DNA of 64,000 bases from assembly GCA_004764695.1 (NCBI GenBank), contig SMSO01000032.1, forward strand, positions 5,860,483-5,924,482, read 5' to 3'. Below are positions 20,752-31,071 of the stretch, one piece after another. Each line of letters begins with the position of its first letter. Within the stretch, counting starts at the first letter, position 1. The notes beneath the pieces are model-generated. The model made no database searches. It saw only the letters and a program-made list of their open reading frames with translations, and was not told the DNA's origin. The position numbers and the translations under genes were made by a program. The stretch is from Schizochytrium sp. TIO01 (lineage: Eukaryota; Protista; Bigyra: Labyrinthulomycetes).

Positions 20752-20836
20752 TCACTCTATTTCTATATACTAGTATATCAGAGATGCCAAATGAGTTATG
20801 GGTTTGCTGAGTCAAACGATAAGACAATAAAGAAAT

Positions 20837-21328
20837 ATGCAGTTGCAACTGCAACAAACGCGAAGATTGATAAAAACAATTGATTTTTTAAATCCATTCC
20901 TTACCGGGGGTGATATCTATAGTTTGGGAATTGCTATTCATCTGGATGGAAAGGAAGTGTGGAACTTGATACGAGCCAAAGTCCTCTCTGTGTACGGCGA
21001 GTTTATGAGTTCTCGGATGAAGAGATATTTATTCCAGAACATTCGGTCAATTGCACAGTTTCACCATGATCTTCCAGAAATACACATTATTATTTGCTCT
21101 TCGGAAGTTCTGCGAAAAAGAATAATGGTTGACAAACATTTAATGCTGCATGATAAATTGAGGCTTTTATCTATAGTTGATGCATCAGTCAATGTACTAA
21201 ATAAAAACAAAATCGACAAGCGCCATGATTTCTCATTTTTAAGATATACGATCCGTACGAGGTATTTTACAAACCGCCGAATTATTGCAGTTCCTAAATC
21301 ATGCCGTTCTTTGATACGGCACACGTAG
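20837..21328 (+). CDS. Hypothetical protein
   Basis: 163-aa ATG ORF. Confidence 0.6.
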   Translation: MQLQLQQTRRLIKTIDFLNPFLTGGDIYSLGIAIHLDGKEVWNLIRAKVLSVYGEFMSSRMKRYLFQNIRSIAQFHHDLPEIHIIICSSEVLRKRIMVDKHLMLHDKLRLLSIVDASVNVLNKNKIDKRHDFSFLRYTIRTRYFTNRRIIAVPKSCRSLIRHT

Positions 21329-22308
21329 AGGTCGTCTTTAGATCAGAAGAAGACGAGGCTCTGGAAGAGTGTGATGGAACATGCGCAAATGGAACCCGGT
21401 GTTTATGTATCACCGATGTTGGGACTGAGAAGGCTGGAAAAGCATTTTTCCCTGGAAATGCATTTTGTATACTATGTACTCGCCATCGAGTACAGACTGG
21501 TGTGAGCATTGCTCCTTATGTAAATTACGACGTAGAATTTGATAAGAGCGCCCTCAATCCATCTACACATCATACCATCGGGGCTTTTGTTCGGTATGAC
21601 CGGTCTGATTACAGACTTCTTCCGGAATTCCCAGAGAACGATAGTTGTGGAAAGGAACTAAAGAGGAACAGTATAGATCAGTCACTATTACCTACCCCAT
21701 CGAAAGAAAAAGAGGACTGGTTAACTCGTCTTTTTGAAGTTCGAAATAGAAAATTTATTCCCCCACGGGCTACAGGAATGTTTCTAGAATGTTCTGAACT
21801 TACCAGTATATACTCTGAGAAACAAAGATTTGCGTGGAGTGTTTGCGTATGTATGAATCCGTGGTGCAACGCCAACATTCTATCATATGTTTCAAGTGAG
21901 AATGAAGTTGGAATTAAAGACGTCGCCATCGACGTGATTCAATCGACGACAAACTGTATGGCGTGTGGATCGGAGGTACATTATATTTATCCCGATTCTA
22001 AACGAAACATAGTTGATGTAAATATCGTTGATGGTACGGGTACTAAGCAGACAAGAACTTTTCATATTACAACGTGTGTATTTTGCAATGTTCTAATATA
22101 CTTTAATGCACATCAGACGCTTCAGACATGCTCATCATGTTGTGAAGAATTCAAAGAACAGACACATGCACTCGATAGAGTATGTCATTATTGTAGCATA
22201 CCAATCACAGCGGGACGACGCTCTGGCAATGGCTTCCAAGTTCAACGCATCGGGAACAAAGATGTGCTCCTTTGTCGCAAACATAGACTCAAGCAACGTA
22301 AAATATAG
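21301..22308 (+). CDS. Cys-rich multi-Zn-binding protein
   Basis: CxxC pairs CILC, CMAC, CVFC, CSSC and CHYC, plus CMNPWC and terminal LCRKH. Confidence 0.75.
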   Translation: MPFFDTAHVEVVFRSEEDEALEECDGTCANGTRCLCITDVGTEKAGKAFFPGNAFCILCTRHRVQTGVSIAPYVNYDVEFDKSALNPSTHHTIGAFVRYDRSDYRLLPEFPENDSCGKELKRNSIDQSLLPTPSKEKEDWLTRLFEVRNRKFIPPRATGMFLECSELTSIYSEKQRFAWSVCVCMNPWCNANILSYVSSENEVGIKDVAIDVIQSTTNCMACGSEVHYIYPDSKRNIVDVNIVDGTGTKQTRTFHITTCVFCNVLIYFNAHQTLQTCSSCCEEFKEQTHALDRVCHYCSIPITAGRRSGNGFQVQRIGNKDVLLCRKHRLKQRKI

Positions 22309-22380
22309 AACTCATAAGTAAAAATATACTTGACAGCATTGATAGTGAGGAGGAGGTCAATCTAACCCACTAAGACTACA

Positions 22381-24807
22381 ATGACAAATCAGTCGTGGTT
22401 ATATTCAGCAATCCTTGTGCTTGGTCTGGCTTCTTCAATGGTTTATAGAACTCGCGGACTAACATACTCGTCAGATGATCCATTCTGTGTAAGTGGTAGC
22501 TTTGGTACCTGTAAAATTGGCGATGGTGATTTCACAGGGCAACATGCTATTAGCCTGTCATACACCAAGTCTGATTCAATCTCCGATAAGGTAATATTGG
22601 ACGACGGAGGCTATTACTTTATGAACAATACAGCACAAGATGGTACTGCCTATGATTTAGTCATAAAGTACGGAAATTCACAACTTGATAAGTTCAAGTA
22701 CAATTTCAGGATTTGGCCACTATCAGCTGAGGCTAATTTGAATTGCTCAACAAGTGTGCTTTACTATGGCGAGGCTGACAATTACATTTTCGAACAAATT
22801 CCACTTACTATGCGTGATTCTGGACTTAGCCAATACTGCTCTTTAGATATTAATAGTCGCTTGACTCTAGAGCAGCTGAGTGATGACACCAATATTTACT
22901 TTGGACTGTCAAATCTCACTGATGATGGTGAGGAATTTATCATCGAATATGATTATGATACCACAGTCATTGCAAGTGATCATGATTCTCTGTATCACTA
23001 TTATTTCGATGAGATCATGACGGACACTACAACTCAGGACAGTGAAATTTATGTAATTCTTGAACTCGGTGTGACCAGTATTAATAGTGATGCGATCAGT
23101 CCAAATTGTAAAAATCTGTCAGAAATCATGGAGAATCTGTATTTGAATGGTGATTCTGAAAATTGTACACTCACCTATGATGCAAACTTTACAGTACCTG
23201 ATGAGCCGGCCTACTTCGACACTGCCACTTATCTTTATAGAATCTCTCATGAAAAGTTGAAACAGTGTTCAAAATCTTTCTACAATGATGGCTCAAAGTT
23301 GTTTGCCTATACGACTATTAATCCGTTGGTTGAAAACACCGACGCTACATGCTTTTATTTCCAAGAAGAGGATGCGAGTACTGAACTAACGTACACAACG
23401 AGTGTAGAAATTGACAACGAAAGTGCAGAGCAGTTCACATACTACTCAGAGGACGTCATTTCCGTAACCGTTGAGCGTTGTGCACCAACCGAAGACTATG
23501 TTGTTCCCCAGACCTACATTAAGGCTATTGTTCAGACCAAGTCAGTCGGAGACAACATCCAGATCAACACAGAAGATGTGTACCCCACACTGAGTGGTTC
23601 CAAGTTGTTCTTTGGTCACGATATCACAGCCAAGGACCCTCAGCCTGTTCAGTCTTGTACCACAACTTATGACGCTACCAACATGATCAATATGACAACA
23701 TGCCAACATCTTTTGCATACGAGAACATGTGAAAATGTAGAACTCTCGGCCTCCAACAAATGTGTGCTTTCTCGCAATGAAGAGCGTTATATTGACGATC
23801 TTGAATTCACAGAGTATGTTGGTAGCAGTCTATTTTATGTCGTCCATGGTGCTGAAGAGCTGTACACCAATCTAGAAAACATGGAGTTTGATACTTCTGT
23901 TTGTGTGGGTGGAGATAACATTTTGTCATTGACGGATGTTTCAAGTATTTTCCCACCGACAATCAAGATCCAGAATTTTGATTCTGGCGTGGCAGCAAAT
24001 TGGACAAACTACTCACGTGATGATACAGATTTAAGTCTACTAAGAGATGTCATTGTTCGTGTGGGAGCCGGAGAGGAAAGCGGGCTCACTTTTACAAGCA
24101 TGGAAGTCTCAGTCAAGAATCTTCTTGTAACTCTCCGTGAGCCTACTGGATCTAACGATGTGGTTGCACAAGTATCCATCAATGCTGGACAAAAGGTTAC
24201 CAACATGAAGGATGAGTCTAGCGACTACTACACAGATCCCATCTTTTGTTCATATTATGTGTATAATACTTCAGACGATCGTTGCCAAACATTCTTTAGT
24301 CATGGCCGTAATAATGCATTGAATAATGACGGTGAAGCTCTCGATTCTAATGTAACGAACGAAGTATGTGGGTTATCCACAACAGAAGTTGGCGATGCCG
24401 ACTCAGCAAACGTCGACTTTGTGCGCTTTAACCCTAGCGTGTGGTTTCCTGACCAATACGATCGACCATACCTCATCATGGATATTCAGGTCACGGCAGT
24501 ACTTGGAAGCTGTGGAAGTCGTGTATTTACGGGTGACAACACCAAGATTGACACTATGTACTTTACTATCTCGGAGTCTATGAGTATCGGCGACTATCAG
24601 GGTGCAGATGTAACAGATTCAAACTTTACAGGCAACCTCTTTCAGGATTACCCCGCCATGGCTGCACTAATGATTCTTCTCGTGGTCATGATCTTCATGA
24701 TCTTTACTGTATTCATGTACGACCGGTTCTGCCGTGGTCGCTCAGGTAAGGAAAATGTGAGTGCAGCAGGTTACCGCGGAACTCGAGGTCAGCATTTCGA
24801 CTTTTAA
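22381..24807 (+). CDS. 808-aa type I membrane glycoprotein, candidate envelope protein
   Basis: Signal peptide, many N-x-S/T sequons, spaced Cys, TM helix AALMILLVVMIFMIFTVFMY, short cytoplasmic tail. Confidence 0.8.
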   Translation: MTNQSWLYSAILVLGLASSMVYRTRGLTYSSDDPFCVSGSFGTCKIGDGDFTGQHAISLSYTKSDSISDKVILDDGGYYFMNNTAQDGTAYDLVIKYGNSQLDKFKYNFRIWPLSAEANLNCSTSVLYYGEADNYIFEQIPLTMRDSGLSQYCSLDINSRLTLEQLSDDTNIYFGLSNLTDDGEEFIIEYDYDTTVIASDHDSLYHYYFDEIMTDTTTQDSEIYVILELGVTSINSDAISPNCKNLSEIMENLYLNGDSENCTLTYDANFTVPDEPAYFDTATYLYRISHEKLKQCSKSFYNDGSKLFAYTTINPLVENTDATCFYFQEEDASTELTYTTSVEIDNESAEQFTYYSEDVISVTVERCAPTEDYVVPQTYIKAIVQTKSVGDNIQINTEDVYPTLSGSKLFFGHDITAKDPQPVQSCTTTYDATNMINMTTCQHLLHTRTCENVELSASNKCVLSRNEERYIDDLEFTEYVGSSLFYVVHGAEELYTNLENMEFDTSVCVGGDNILSLTDVSSIFPPTIKIQNFDSGVAANWTNYSRDDTDLSLLRDVIVRVGAGEESGLTFTSMEVSVKNLLVTLREPTGSNDVVAQVSINAGQKVTNMKDESSDYYTDPIFCSYYVYNTSDDRCQTFFSHGRNNALNNDGEALDSNVTNEVCGLSTTEVGDADSANVDFVRFNPSVWFPDQYDRPYLIMDIQVTAVLGSCGSRVFTGDNTKIDTMYFTISESMSIGDYQGADVTDSNFTGNLFQDYPAMAALMILLVVMIFMIFTVFMYDRFCRGRSGKENVSAAGYRGTRGQHFDF

Positions 24808-24820
24808 ATTTTATAACAAT

Positions 24821-26086
24821 TTATGATAGACCTGTTTTTAATATTAATTTTAGACCATTACTTTCTTTCACGTTTATGATTTTCGGGGGTGAGTTCACCC
24901 TCTCTCGGGGCATGCTGGTGAGAAATTCATGGTACTCATCAAAATCATCGTCACGTTTGCACCAATATTTCATTGCTATTGGCATTAACTCGCGCAGCGT
25001 TGGATTCTCAGCGGGATCAATACCGCTAAGAATCATGACATAAATACAATACTTAGGTAATGCATAATTATTGCTGCTATGAACCATGATAGATACATTA
25101 TCGTCCTCGCTAAAATTGATGACTCCATCAGGATTAAAAGTCTCAAGACAGATATAGTAGTCAGAGAGATAAGTTCTAAGACTAAAGTCCCATTTTTTGA
25201 AGTTGGAATTACAATATTCGGCGTTGTAGATGGAGACCATTCGCTCAAAGAAATACTCATTGTCATCTGTGTTCTTATTCTGCTGTCTTTGATAAACATC
25301 ATTCACCTCCTCCCACCATTTTGAGAACTTGATTGATGGCTCAAACAGTTTATAGGGATCGATATCGTTTGCATCTGTCGTGTTAGGGTAAATTGCGTCT
25401 TCTGCGGCGTTCAGTTGGCGCATTCCATCTAATTTGGCTATCCATTCTAGTATGTGTTGAGCGAGTAATCCTGGCAACGCAGCCTTGAGTGGATTTATGA
25501 TTCGTTCGTCATTGAAATTTTTGCCAGCCACCTCGTAATTGTCGAAGAATCTCTGCTTTCTCATGATAGACCATGTTAAGGCCCATTGGTTCTTCTGCAT
25601 ATCCATTATTGTATCATAGTGACATAAGCGAACAGAATCATAAAGTGCATAATATAATCTAATCAGATACGCAGGCCAGGTGCGATTGTTCGTTGTACCC
25701 TTGCTATAAAACAGGTCGATTTCGTCCCCGACATATTTAGCAGTAATATTCTTCGTGTAGGAATATTTGTCATACAATGCCCAGTTAGACGGAACATGTT
25801 TATTCGACAAATAAGCTTGGAAGACATACTCATACGAGGTCGATGCGAATGCACAAAGAAAGCAGTTCAAGTATATCTGCACTTCCATATCTGTCAGAGT
25901 ATCTTTTCTAGCCAAGGATTCTTTTTCTTCGACGATTATTTCGTCTGTTTCTTCGTCGACTATTATTTCGTCTTGTTCTTCTTCTTCCTCCTCCAGAACC
26001 TGACCCTCTCCTTCTTCCTCCTTCTCATCATCCTCGTCCTTCCCACCCCTTAACGGTTTCTCCAGAGCACTTGTATTCCTGTGCAA
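24821..26086 (-). CDS. Hypothetical protein with acidic N-terminus; possibly the 3' part of a gene starting at 26309
   Basis: 421-aa ORF with a TTG start and no ATG before the poly-E tract; overlaps ORF 26028-26309 in another frame. Confidence 0.75.
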   Translation of the reverse strand: MHRNTSALEKPLRGGKDEDDEKEEEGEGQVLEEEEEEQDEIIVDEETDEIIVEEKESLARKDTLTDMEVQIYLNCFLCAFASTSYEYVFQAYLSNKHVPSNWALYDKYSYTKNITAKYVGDEIDLFYSKGTTNNRTWPAYLIRLYYALYDSVRLCHYDTIMDMQKNQWALTWSIMRKQRFFDNYEVAGKNFNDERIINPLKAALPGLLAQHILEWIAKLDGMRQLNAAEDAIYPNTTDANDIDPYKLFEPSIKFSKWWEEVNDVYQRQQNKNTDDNEYFFERMVSIYNAEYCNSNFKKWDFSLRTYLSDYYICLETFNPDGVINFSEDDNVSIMVHSSNNYALPKYCIYVMILSGIDPAENPTLRELMPIAMKYWCKRDDDFDEYHEFLTSMPRERVNSPPKIINVKESNGLKLILKTGLS

Positions 26087-26309
26087 GATAACCTTTTCTT
26101 GTAAAGAGGAATCTTCTTTTAGAAGAAGTTTCGAAGCTCAATTTAATATACTCGTCATACTCACTACTACTACTACTACTACTTCGCTTTCTCTTGTGTC
26201 CCGCACTCGTACGAACCTTCTTCTTCCTGGACTTGTTCTTTTTGCTGCCTTTGCTTGCCTTTCCTTTCGGGGGCTCAGAGGCCTTGTTGGATGACCCCCA
26301 ACCCCACAT
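26028..26309 (-). CDS. Basic K/S-rich ORF; candidate 5' exon or 5' segment of the preceding gene
   Basis: ATG ORF with NLS-like KKNKSRKKK and KRKR and an (AGT)7 poly-Ser run. Confidence 0.55.
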   Translation of the reverse strand: MWGWGSSNKASEPPKGKASKGSKKNKSRKKKVRTSAGHKRKRSSSSSSSEYDEYIKLSFETSSKRRFLFTRKGYLAQEYKCSGETVKGWEGRG

Positions 26310-26691
26310 AGTACTTGTTTAGTTACTTACTTCTATTTATACATAAAAATTACCTACACATTAAACACGATCGAAATGCATTTCCGCGCGAAGAAACGAA
26401 CACTCTGCGACAGTCTAATAAAGTTGGCTGGGCCAGTGTCCCGACCAGCATCGAGGCGAGCGAGGGTATCGATCTGTCTTCCCATGCATCCACTCGAGCA
26501 ACAAGATGAAAGAGAGTGTGCAGATGCGGCGGCGTTGCACCTGCAGAATTCAGTCTGCGTGTCCAGGGCAGTCACGGACACATGCACACATAATATAGAA
26601 ACGTCGTACTTTAAACTGAGTTCGTGCTCTTTACCATACAAATTGTAGTAATACACACCCTTCATCTCCTAATAATAAGAGAACTCCTGAC

Positions 26692-26800
26692 TTAAAAAAA
26701 AAAAAGAAAGAAAGAAAGAAAAGGAGTGGAGCAGTAACACCAAAACCAAAACCAAAACCAAAACCAGAAGCCACAGAATCCACAGAATCCACAGAAGCCC
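26692..26800. repeat. Microsatellite cluster 5' of the REase-kinase gene
   Basis: A12 followed by (GAAA)n, (CCAAAA)x4 and (CCACAGAAT/G)x3. Confidence 0.85.
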
Positions 26801-26807
26801 AAGAACA

Positions 26808-28955
26808 ATGCCGAGTGTATTGAAAATAATCAGTTCGTCTAGAGCCGTCTCCGCTGTCGCCTCCACTATAGGCAACGTTGTGGGTAGTAGCGCTCGCCAA
26901 AGTATGAACAGAGTGCCCAGACGGAGCTTCCACCCCTCATTACCCGGCGCTACCATGACTCCCGTGCCCGACGCGGCCAAGCAATTCCAGGACAAAATCG
27001 GAGAACTGAGGGCTCATGTTGCTGAAGAGAGGGCGAAGAGTGCAACCTTGCTTTCAACGATTGAAGAACACAAGGCTGAACGTAGAGAAGTTCGTCAAGA
27101 AATTAAAGATGAGAAGGCAACAGCAATCGGTCTGGTAGGTAAGCGTGACTTTATGTTCGTCCAATCCGCATTGAAGCCCGGAGGGCGAATTACAGATGAA
27201 CATCTTGTTACACGGATGAATAGATTATCCGGGCAAGATATCGATGATTTCACATCAGTAATAGCTTCGGTGGAGTCTCTACTTGATCTCGAGAAGACCC
27301 TCGAAAATTTGGACAGGCGGATTGAGGACTGCCTAAACGACGTCAGAAATATCGATGCTCATATTAGGGAGCTCGGTGAGAGAGTGGTATATTATGAGGC
27401 CAAGATTGAGGCCATCATGACTAGGAACGCACCGATTTCTGACAAGTTTGCCCCCTACCTCCCTGGAATGGGTGGATCGGGCATGGGGGGTGGAAACGTA
27501 ACCAAGGCTTCGAATCTTGTGAACTTCCCCGCGTCCCCCATGCGTACGAGAAAACTACCCTTCGATGTACTTCTGGATTATTGTGATAAACAGGGCTACC
27601 TTGATAAATTGTCTCACAACAATACCTCGATTTCAGTGGAAAATACTCTAATTGCCGCTGATTGTTTGTATGCTGGAAACGAGGGCACCATCACTGGGCC
27701 TGCGAGCAACCTTTTAGCGACTGTCTTAAAGGCCATGAAAACTTCAACACCCGAGAGCGTTATTTCACCTGAGCTGACCTGCTATATGGGAAGTTCCAGT
27801 AATTTTGTCGGAAACCCAGACTTTATGATTGCAAAAGAGGAAGTACAGGATTCCAATGAATCAAAACTATTCCCTCTTCTTGCGGGAGAGCTGAAGGGAC
27901 CCGGGTATACTGAGACTAATTTATTTGAGAAATACTGTGATCACACTTGCAAGAACGTAAATTGCGGCTCACAGCGTCATAACCCATGTTCGGTGATCCG
28001 CCAGCTCTACAATTACATGGTGACGAATGGTTTGCTGGTGGGTATTTGTACCAACTATTACAATACGGCTGTTTTCATTCGCGATTGCTCGGGGAATTTG
28101 CTGATTACACCAAGTGTTGCCTCTACCAGAGGGGGTGACCTTGATGCTAAGAGCCCGAGCGCGACTCAGCTCATAGCGCTGGCAATAATGATTTCAGAAG
28201 AACGAACTGTACCTGAACTTGGTGACGGGGACGAGGTTGTTCTTGTGAAGTGTGACGGGCGTGAATGTAATAATCATACAAGGCTACCCGAAGAATGTAA
28301 GCATGAAAACGATGCATACAAGAATGGAAACAAACCAACGCATCAAGACCATCAAGAGTACCGAGACCGTAGAATGCAGATCTTCGGTTTTTCTCTCACC
28401 TCGAATGATGAACCTATTGCCTTTCTCGAGCTCGGTCCGTATGTCGGACTCCCAGAGGGTCGAACTGGGAAGACTCTCCGTATCAGTCTCCCGCATGGTG
28501 AAAAGGGTAAAGTGGATGGCGTTCTGAAGATACTTGATACATTCAAGCAGTCAGACCAAATAAAGGAAATCGACCACGAAGCTACAATTTACAAGAAACT
28601 GTCAGCACTGCAAGGAACCTGTATCCCCGAGTTCGTTGATTATGGTATGTTCAAGGAGGGATTTTTGTACGGCTTGGGAACCACTTACGCCGGCGACTCC
28701 GTTTCCAATGAGGATGTCACGGATGAGTTTCTGGCTAAAGCTGTGGCTGCTCTCGAGAAGATCCACTCATATGGTGTGTTGCATGGCGATGTGCGTCGTG
28801 AAAACATTGTGTGCAACAAAGAGGCTGGAAATGCACCGGTGATTATTGACTTTGGTATGGCCATTGACGCAGAGGAAGAAAAGCTCACTCCGGAAGAGTT
28901 CGAGAAGCGGGCTGAAGGAGAAATCGTGCAGCTCCGAAGGAGCTTAGCAAGGTAG
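26808..28955 (+). CDS. Crinkler-like effector: coiled-coil N-terminus, PD-(D/E)XK REase-like domain and C-terminal kinase
   Basis: NPDF...AGELK...RQLYNYMVTNGLLVGICTNY; kinase VLKI, HEATIYKKL, HGDVRRENI, IIDFG. Confidence 0.75.
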   Translation: MPSVLKIISSSRAVSAVASTIGNVVGSSARQSMNRVPRRSFHPSLPGATMTPVPDAAKQFQDKIGELRAHVAEERAKSATLLSTIEEHKAERREVRQEIKDEKATAIGLVGKRDFMFVQSALKPGGRITDEHLVTRMNRLSGQDIDDFTSVIASVESLLDLEKTLENLDRRIEDCLNDVRNIDAHIRELGERVVYYEAKIEAIMTRNAPISDKFAPYLPGMGGSGMGGGNVTKASNLVNFPASPMRTRKLPFDVLLDYCDKQGYLDKLSHNNTSISVENTLIAADCLYAGNEGTITGPASNLLATVLKAMKTSTPESVISPELTCYMGSSSNFVGNPDFMIAKEEVQDSNESKLFPLLAGELKGPGYTETNLFEKYCDHTCKNVNCGSQRHNPCSVIRQLYNYMVTNGLLVGICTNYYNTAVFIRDCSGNLLITPSVASTRGGDLDAKSPSATQLIALAIMISEERTVPELGDGDEVVLVKCDGRECNNHTRLPEECKHENDAYKNGNKPTHQDHQEYRDRRMQIFGFSLTSNDEPIAFLELGPYVGLPEGRTGKTLRISLPHGEKGKVDGVLKILDTFKQSDQIKEIDHEATIYKKLSALQGTCIPEFVDYGMFKEGFLYGLGTTYAGDSVSNEDVTDEFLAKAVAALEKIHSYGVLHGDVRRENIVCNKEAGNAPVIIDFGMAIDAEEEKLTPEEFEKRAEGEIVQLRRSLAR

Positions 28956-29657
28956 CGAATCTTTTAATCCAATTTGTACCAAAATGTGCAGTAGGAAGTT
29001 GGGGATTTCATTAGAAATTGTAAACCCTTATAATAAAACATATGACCCTTTAAAAAAAAAGAGTCGTACTTTCACACCTTTCCTGATAATTTACGCTCTG
29101 AAGGAATGAGTATGGTAACTGTTCTACAACAGTACGTTTCGCAACGTTCAAAGGAAGAATAAGATAATAATATGAAACTATGCAATTCATAGGTTAGAAT
29201 GTTTATATTATTTGTTACCTAAAGAGCTGACTTCGCAGGTGCCAGGGAAGGAAGGACTAACATTGCCTTGGTCCGGGGCCTGCTGATACGCTTTTGCGCT
29301 TTATTATTATAGTTATCATGTGGGTAATTGCGTTCATACAACAACGGTATGCTACGAGAAGCAGTTTGCTGAGGCATCGCACTTGCTCTTGACTGGGGTT
29401 TTGGTTTTGCTTTCATATTTCGCGCTTGCGAAGAAGCAACAGCTTTTTTATAACTGTGTCAGTTCAAGACGTAAAGTTCTAATCGCTTGACTTTTTAATA
29501 TTTATTTTAATGAATCGGAAGTGTTATTTTTTTTTTCTGTATTCTGTTTATTAAGTGAAGTTAAAGAAAATTCATTATTAAGCGAAAGTTGCATTGTTTG
29601 CACTAGCACAAAGAATCTGGAGGTTATAAAAAAGCCTAGAAGGAATGGCATTTGGTT

Positions 29658-30344
29658 CTAGGTATAAATATAATACCAAAGGCAATAACCTAGTTCACCA
29701 GTGAACTTTTCACCGTATCGAGTTTCCAATTCAGCAGTAACATAATCAATGATTAGGTAACTCGGTAGCTTGATGTATTCTGTTTCTCCATAAACATTTT
29801 CTACTTGGCGCCTATGCAACGTTGAAGATACCTCGCGGACTTCGGGATTAACCACGATGTCGTACAGTGGGGTGCTTGCTTCATCAAGTGCATAGTTATG
29901 CTTAACTACAATAAGATCATAAGGTACACCAAAGTATTTAAGGTGAGTGCACCTAGAACCTGTGGTTTCCAGAAAAGTCTCAACGCTTGTAATTGCAGCA
30001 GCTAAATTGAGTGTTTGCATCTTCTGATTCATTGCACTATGTGTAATGGGAAACTGTTGTGTACCTTCAAGGGGTGTGGCGACTAGTTCGGTTGTCAAGT
30101 GGAAGGGTATGTAAGTTGGTTCAGAAAGGGTAATGGCCTCCCCCATAGAATCAACCGTACTCGCAATGTAGTTCACATTCATGGAAGCCAACTTGATCAA
30201 TACGCTTAGTAGGACACATAAGAAAAATATAGAGAACCTCTTAATGTTCCGGTAATGCGAATTCATAATTCTGCGTAACTTTTCTAACCCTCGACCAAAC
30301 TTGAGGTTACCAAATTCAAGATCCACTCGGTTATCGAAACCCAT
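29658..30344 (-). CDS. Membrane-anchored protein with a degenerate peptide-deformylase-like domain
   Basis: TM FSIFFLCVLLSVLI; FGVPYDLIVV...VVNPEV...LIIDYVT...FTGELGYCL spacing resembles PDF, but EGCLS and HExxH are absent. Confidence 0.5.
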   Translation of the reverse strand: MGFDNRVDLEFGNLKFGRGLEKLRRIMNSHYRNIKRFSIFFLCVLLSVLIKLASMNVNYIASTVDSMGEAITLSEPTYIPFHLTTELVATPLEGTQQFPITHSAMNQKMQTLNLAAAITSVETFLETTGSRCTHLKYFGVPYDLIVVKHNYALDEASTPLYDIVVNPEVREVSSTLHRRQVENVYGETEYIKLPSYLIIDYVTAELETRYGEKFTGELGYCLWYYIYT

Positions 30345-30375
30345 ACTTACAAGCTTACATGATATAGCTCATCTA

Positions 30376-30816
30376 TCAATATTCGTATAGAGGTTTAGTT
30401 ACTAAAATTGTAGTCGAGACTTCATGAAGTTCATTGGCATCATTCTGCATAATCAGACTAGGCAATCTCAATATTCTTTTAGCACAGTGTCTATATTTAA
30501 TGGATGGGAAAAATACCTCTGGGAGCCATACACTATACGCCATATCCCGAGTGCAGTTATAATGAGACTTGTCTCTCTGACGAGTTGTGAGTCGTATGCA
30601 TTCAATCAAAATATGTTGAAATAATCCTTTATACTGGGGACAGACTCTCAAGAAATCAGTCACAAAATACAAGAAAATTCGGTAGTCCTTGTAAATTCTG
30701 CGAAGTTTTTTCCTTACAACAGTATACACACGGTGGTAGTCAAGGGGATCATCGTAGGTTACATAACCGACAAGCAAGTTTGTATTCATCTGATCAACAA
30801 TTTCTTCCAAACTCAT
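30376..30816 (-). CDS. Hypothetical protein
   Basis: 146-aa ATG ORF in a co-oriented run. Confidence 0.65.
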   Translation of the reverse strand: MSLEEIVDQMNTNLLVGYVTYDDPLDYHRVYTVVRKKLRRIYKDYRIFLYFVTDFLRVCPQYKGLFQHILIECIRLTTRQRDKSHYNCTRDMAYSVWLPEVFFPSIKYRHCAKRILRLPSLIMQNDANELHEVSTTILVTKPLYEY

Positions 30817-30841
30817 GAAAAATCTTTGTATTCAGTAAAAC

Positions 30842-31063
30842 TTAAAAGACAATATATTTTTCTAGTAGTTCATCACTACACTCACTATCAGGGTTTACAA
30901 CTTCAAAATATATGCCACATGTCTTGCTTGACTGGTATGCGTGATTATGACGTTTCCGGTTCCAAACATACGATATAAGAGCCCATGATAACTTTTCTCG
31001 CAAGCCCAAATTGTGGAAGATATACCCTCCCAGGTAAATCAATAGAGTAGTTTTTGATGTCAT
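30842..31063 (-). CDS. Small hypothetical protein
   Basis: 73-aa ATG ORF filling the gap after RPB1. Confidence 0.5.
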   Translation of the reverse strand: MTSKTTLLIYLGGYIFHNLGLREKLSWALISYVWNRKRHNHAYQSSKTCGIYFEVVNPDSECSDELLEKYIVF

Positions 31064-31071
31064 CTAGGTTT

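Noticed and set aside
26315-26995. Several overlapping short ORFs upstream of the REase-kinase
   Set aside because: They conflict with one another, several run through microsatellites, and none has recognisable motifs
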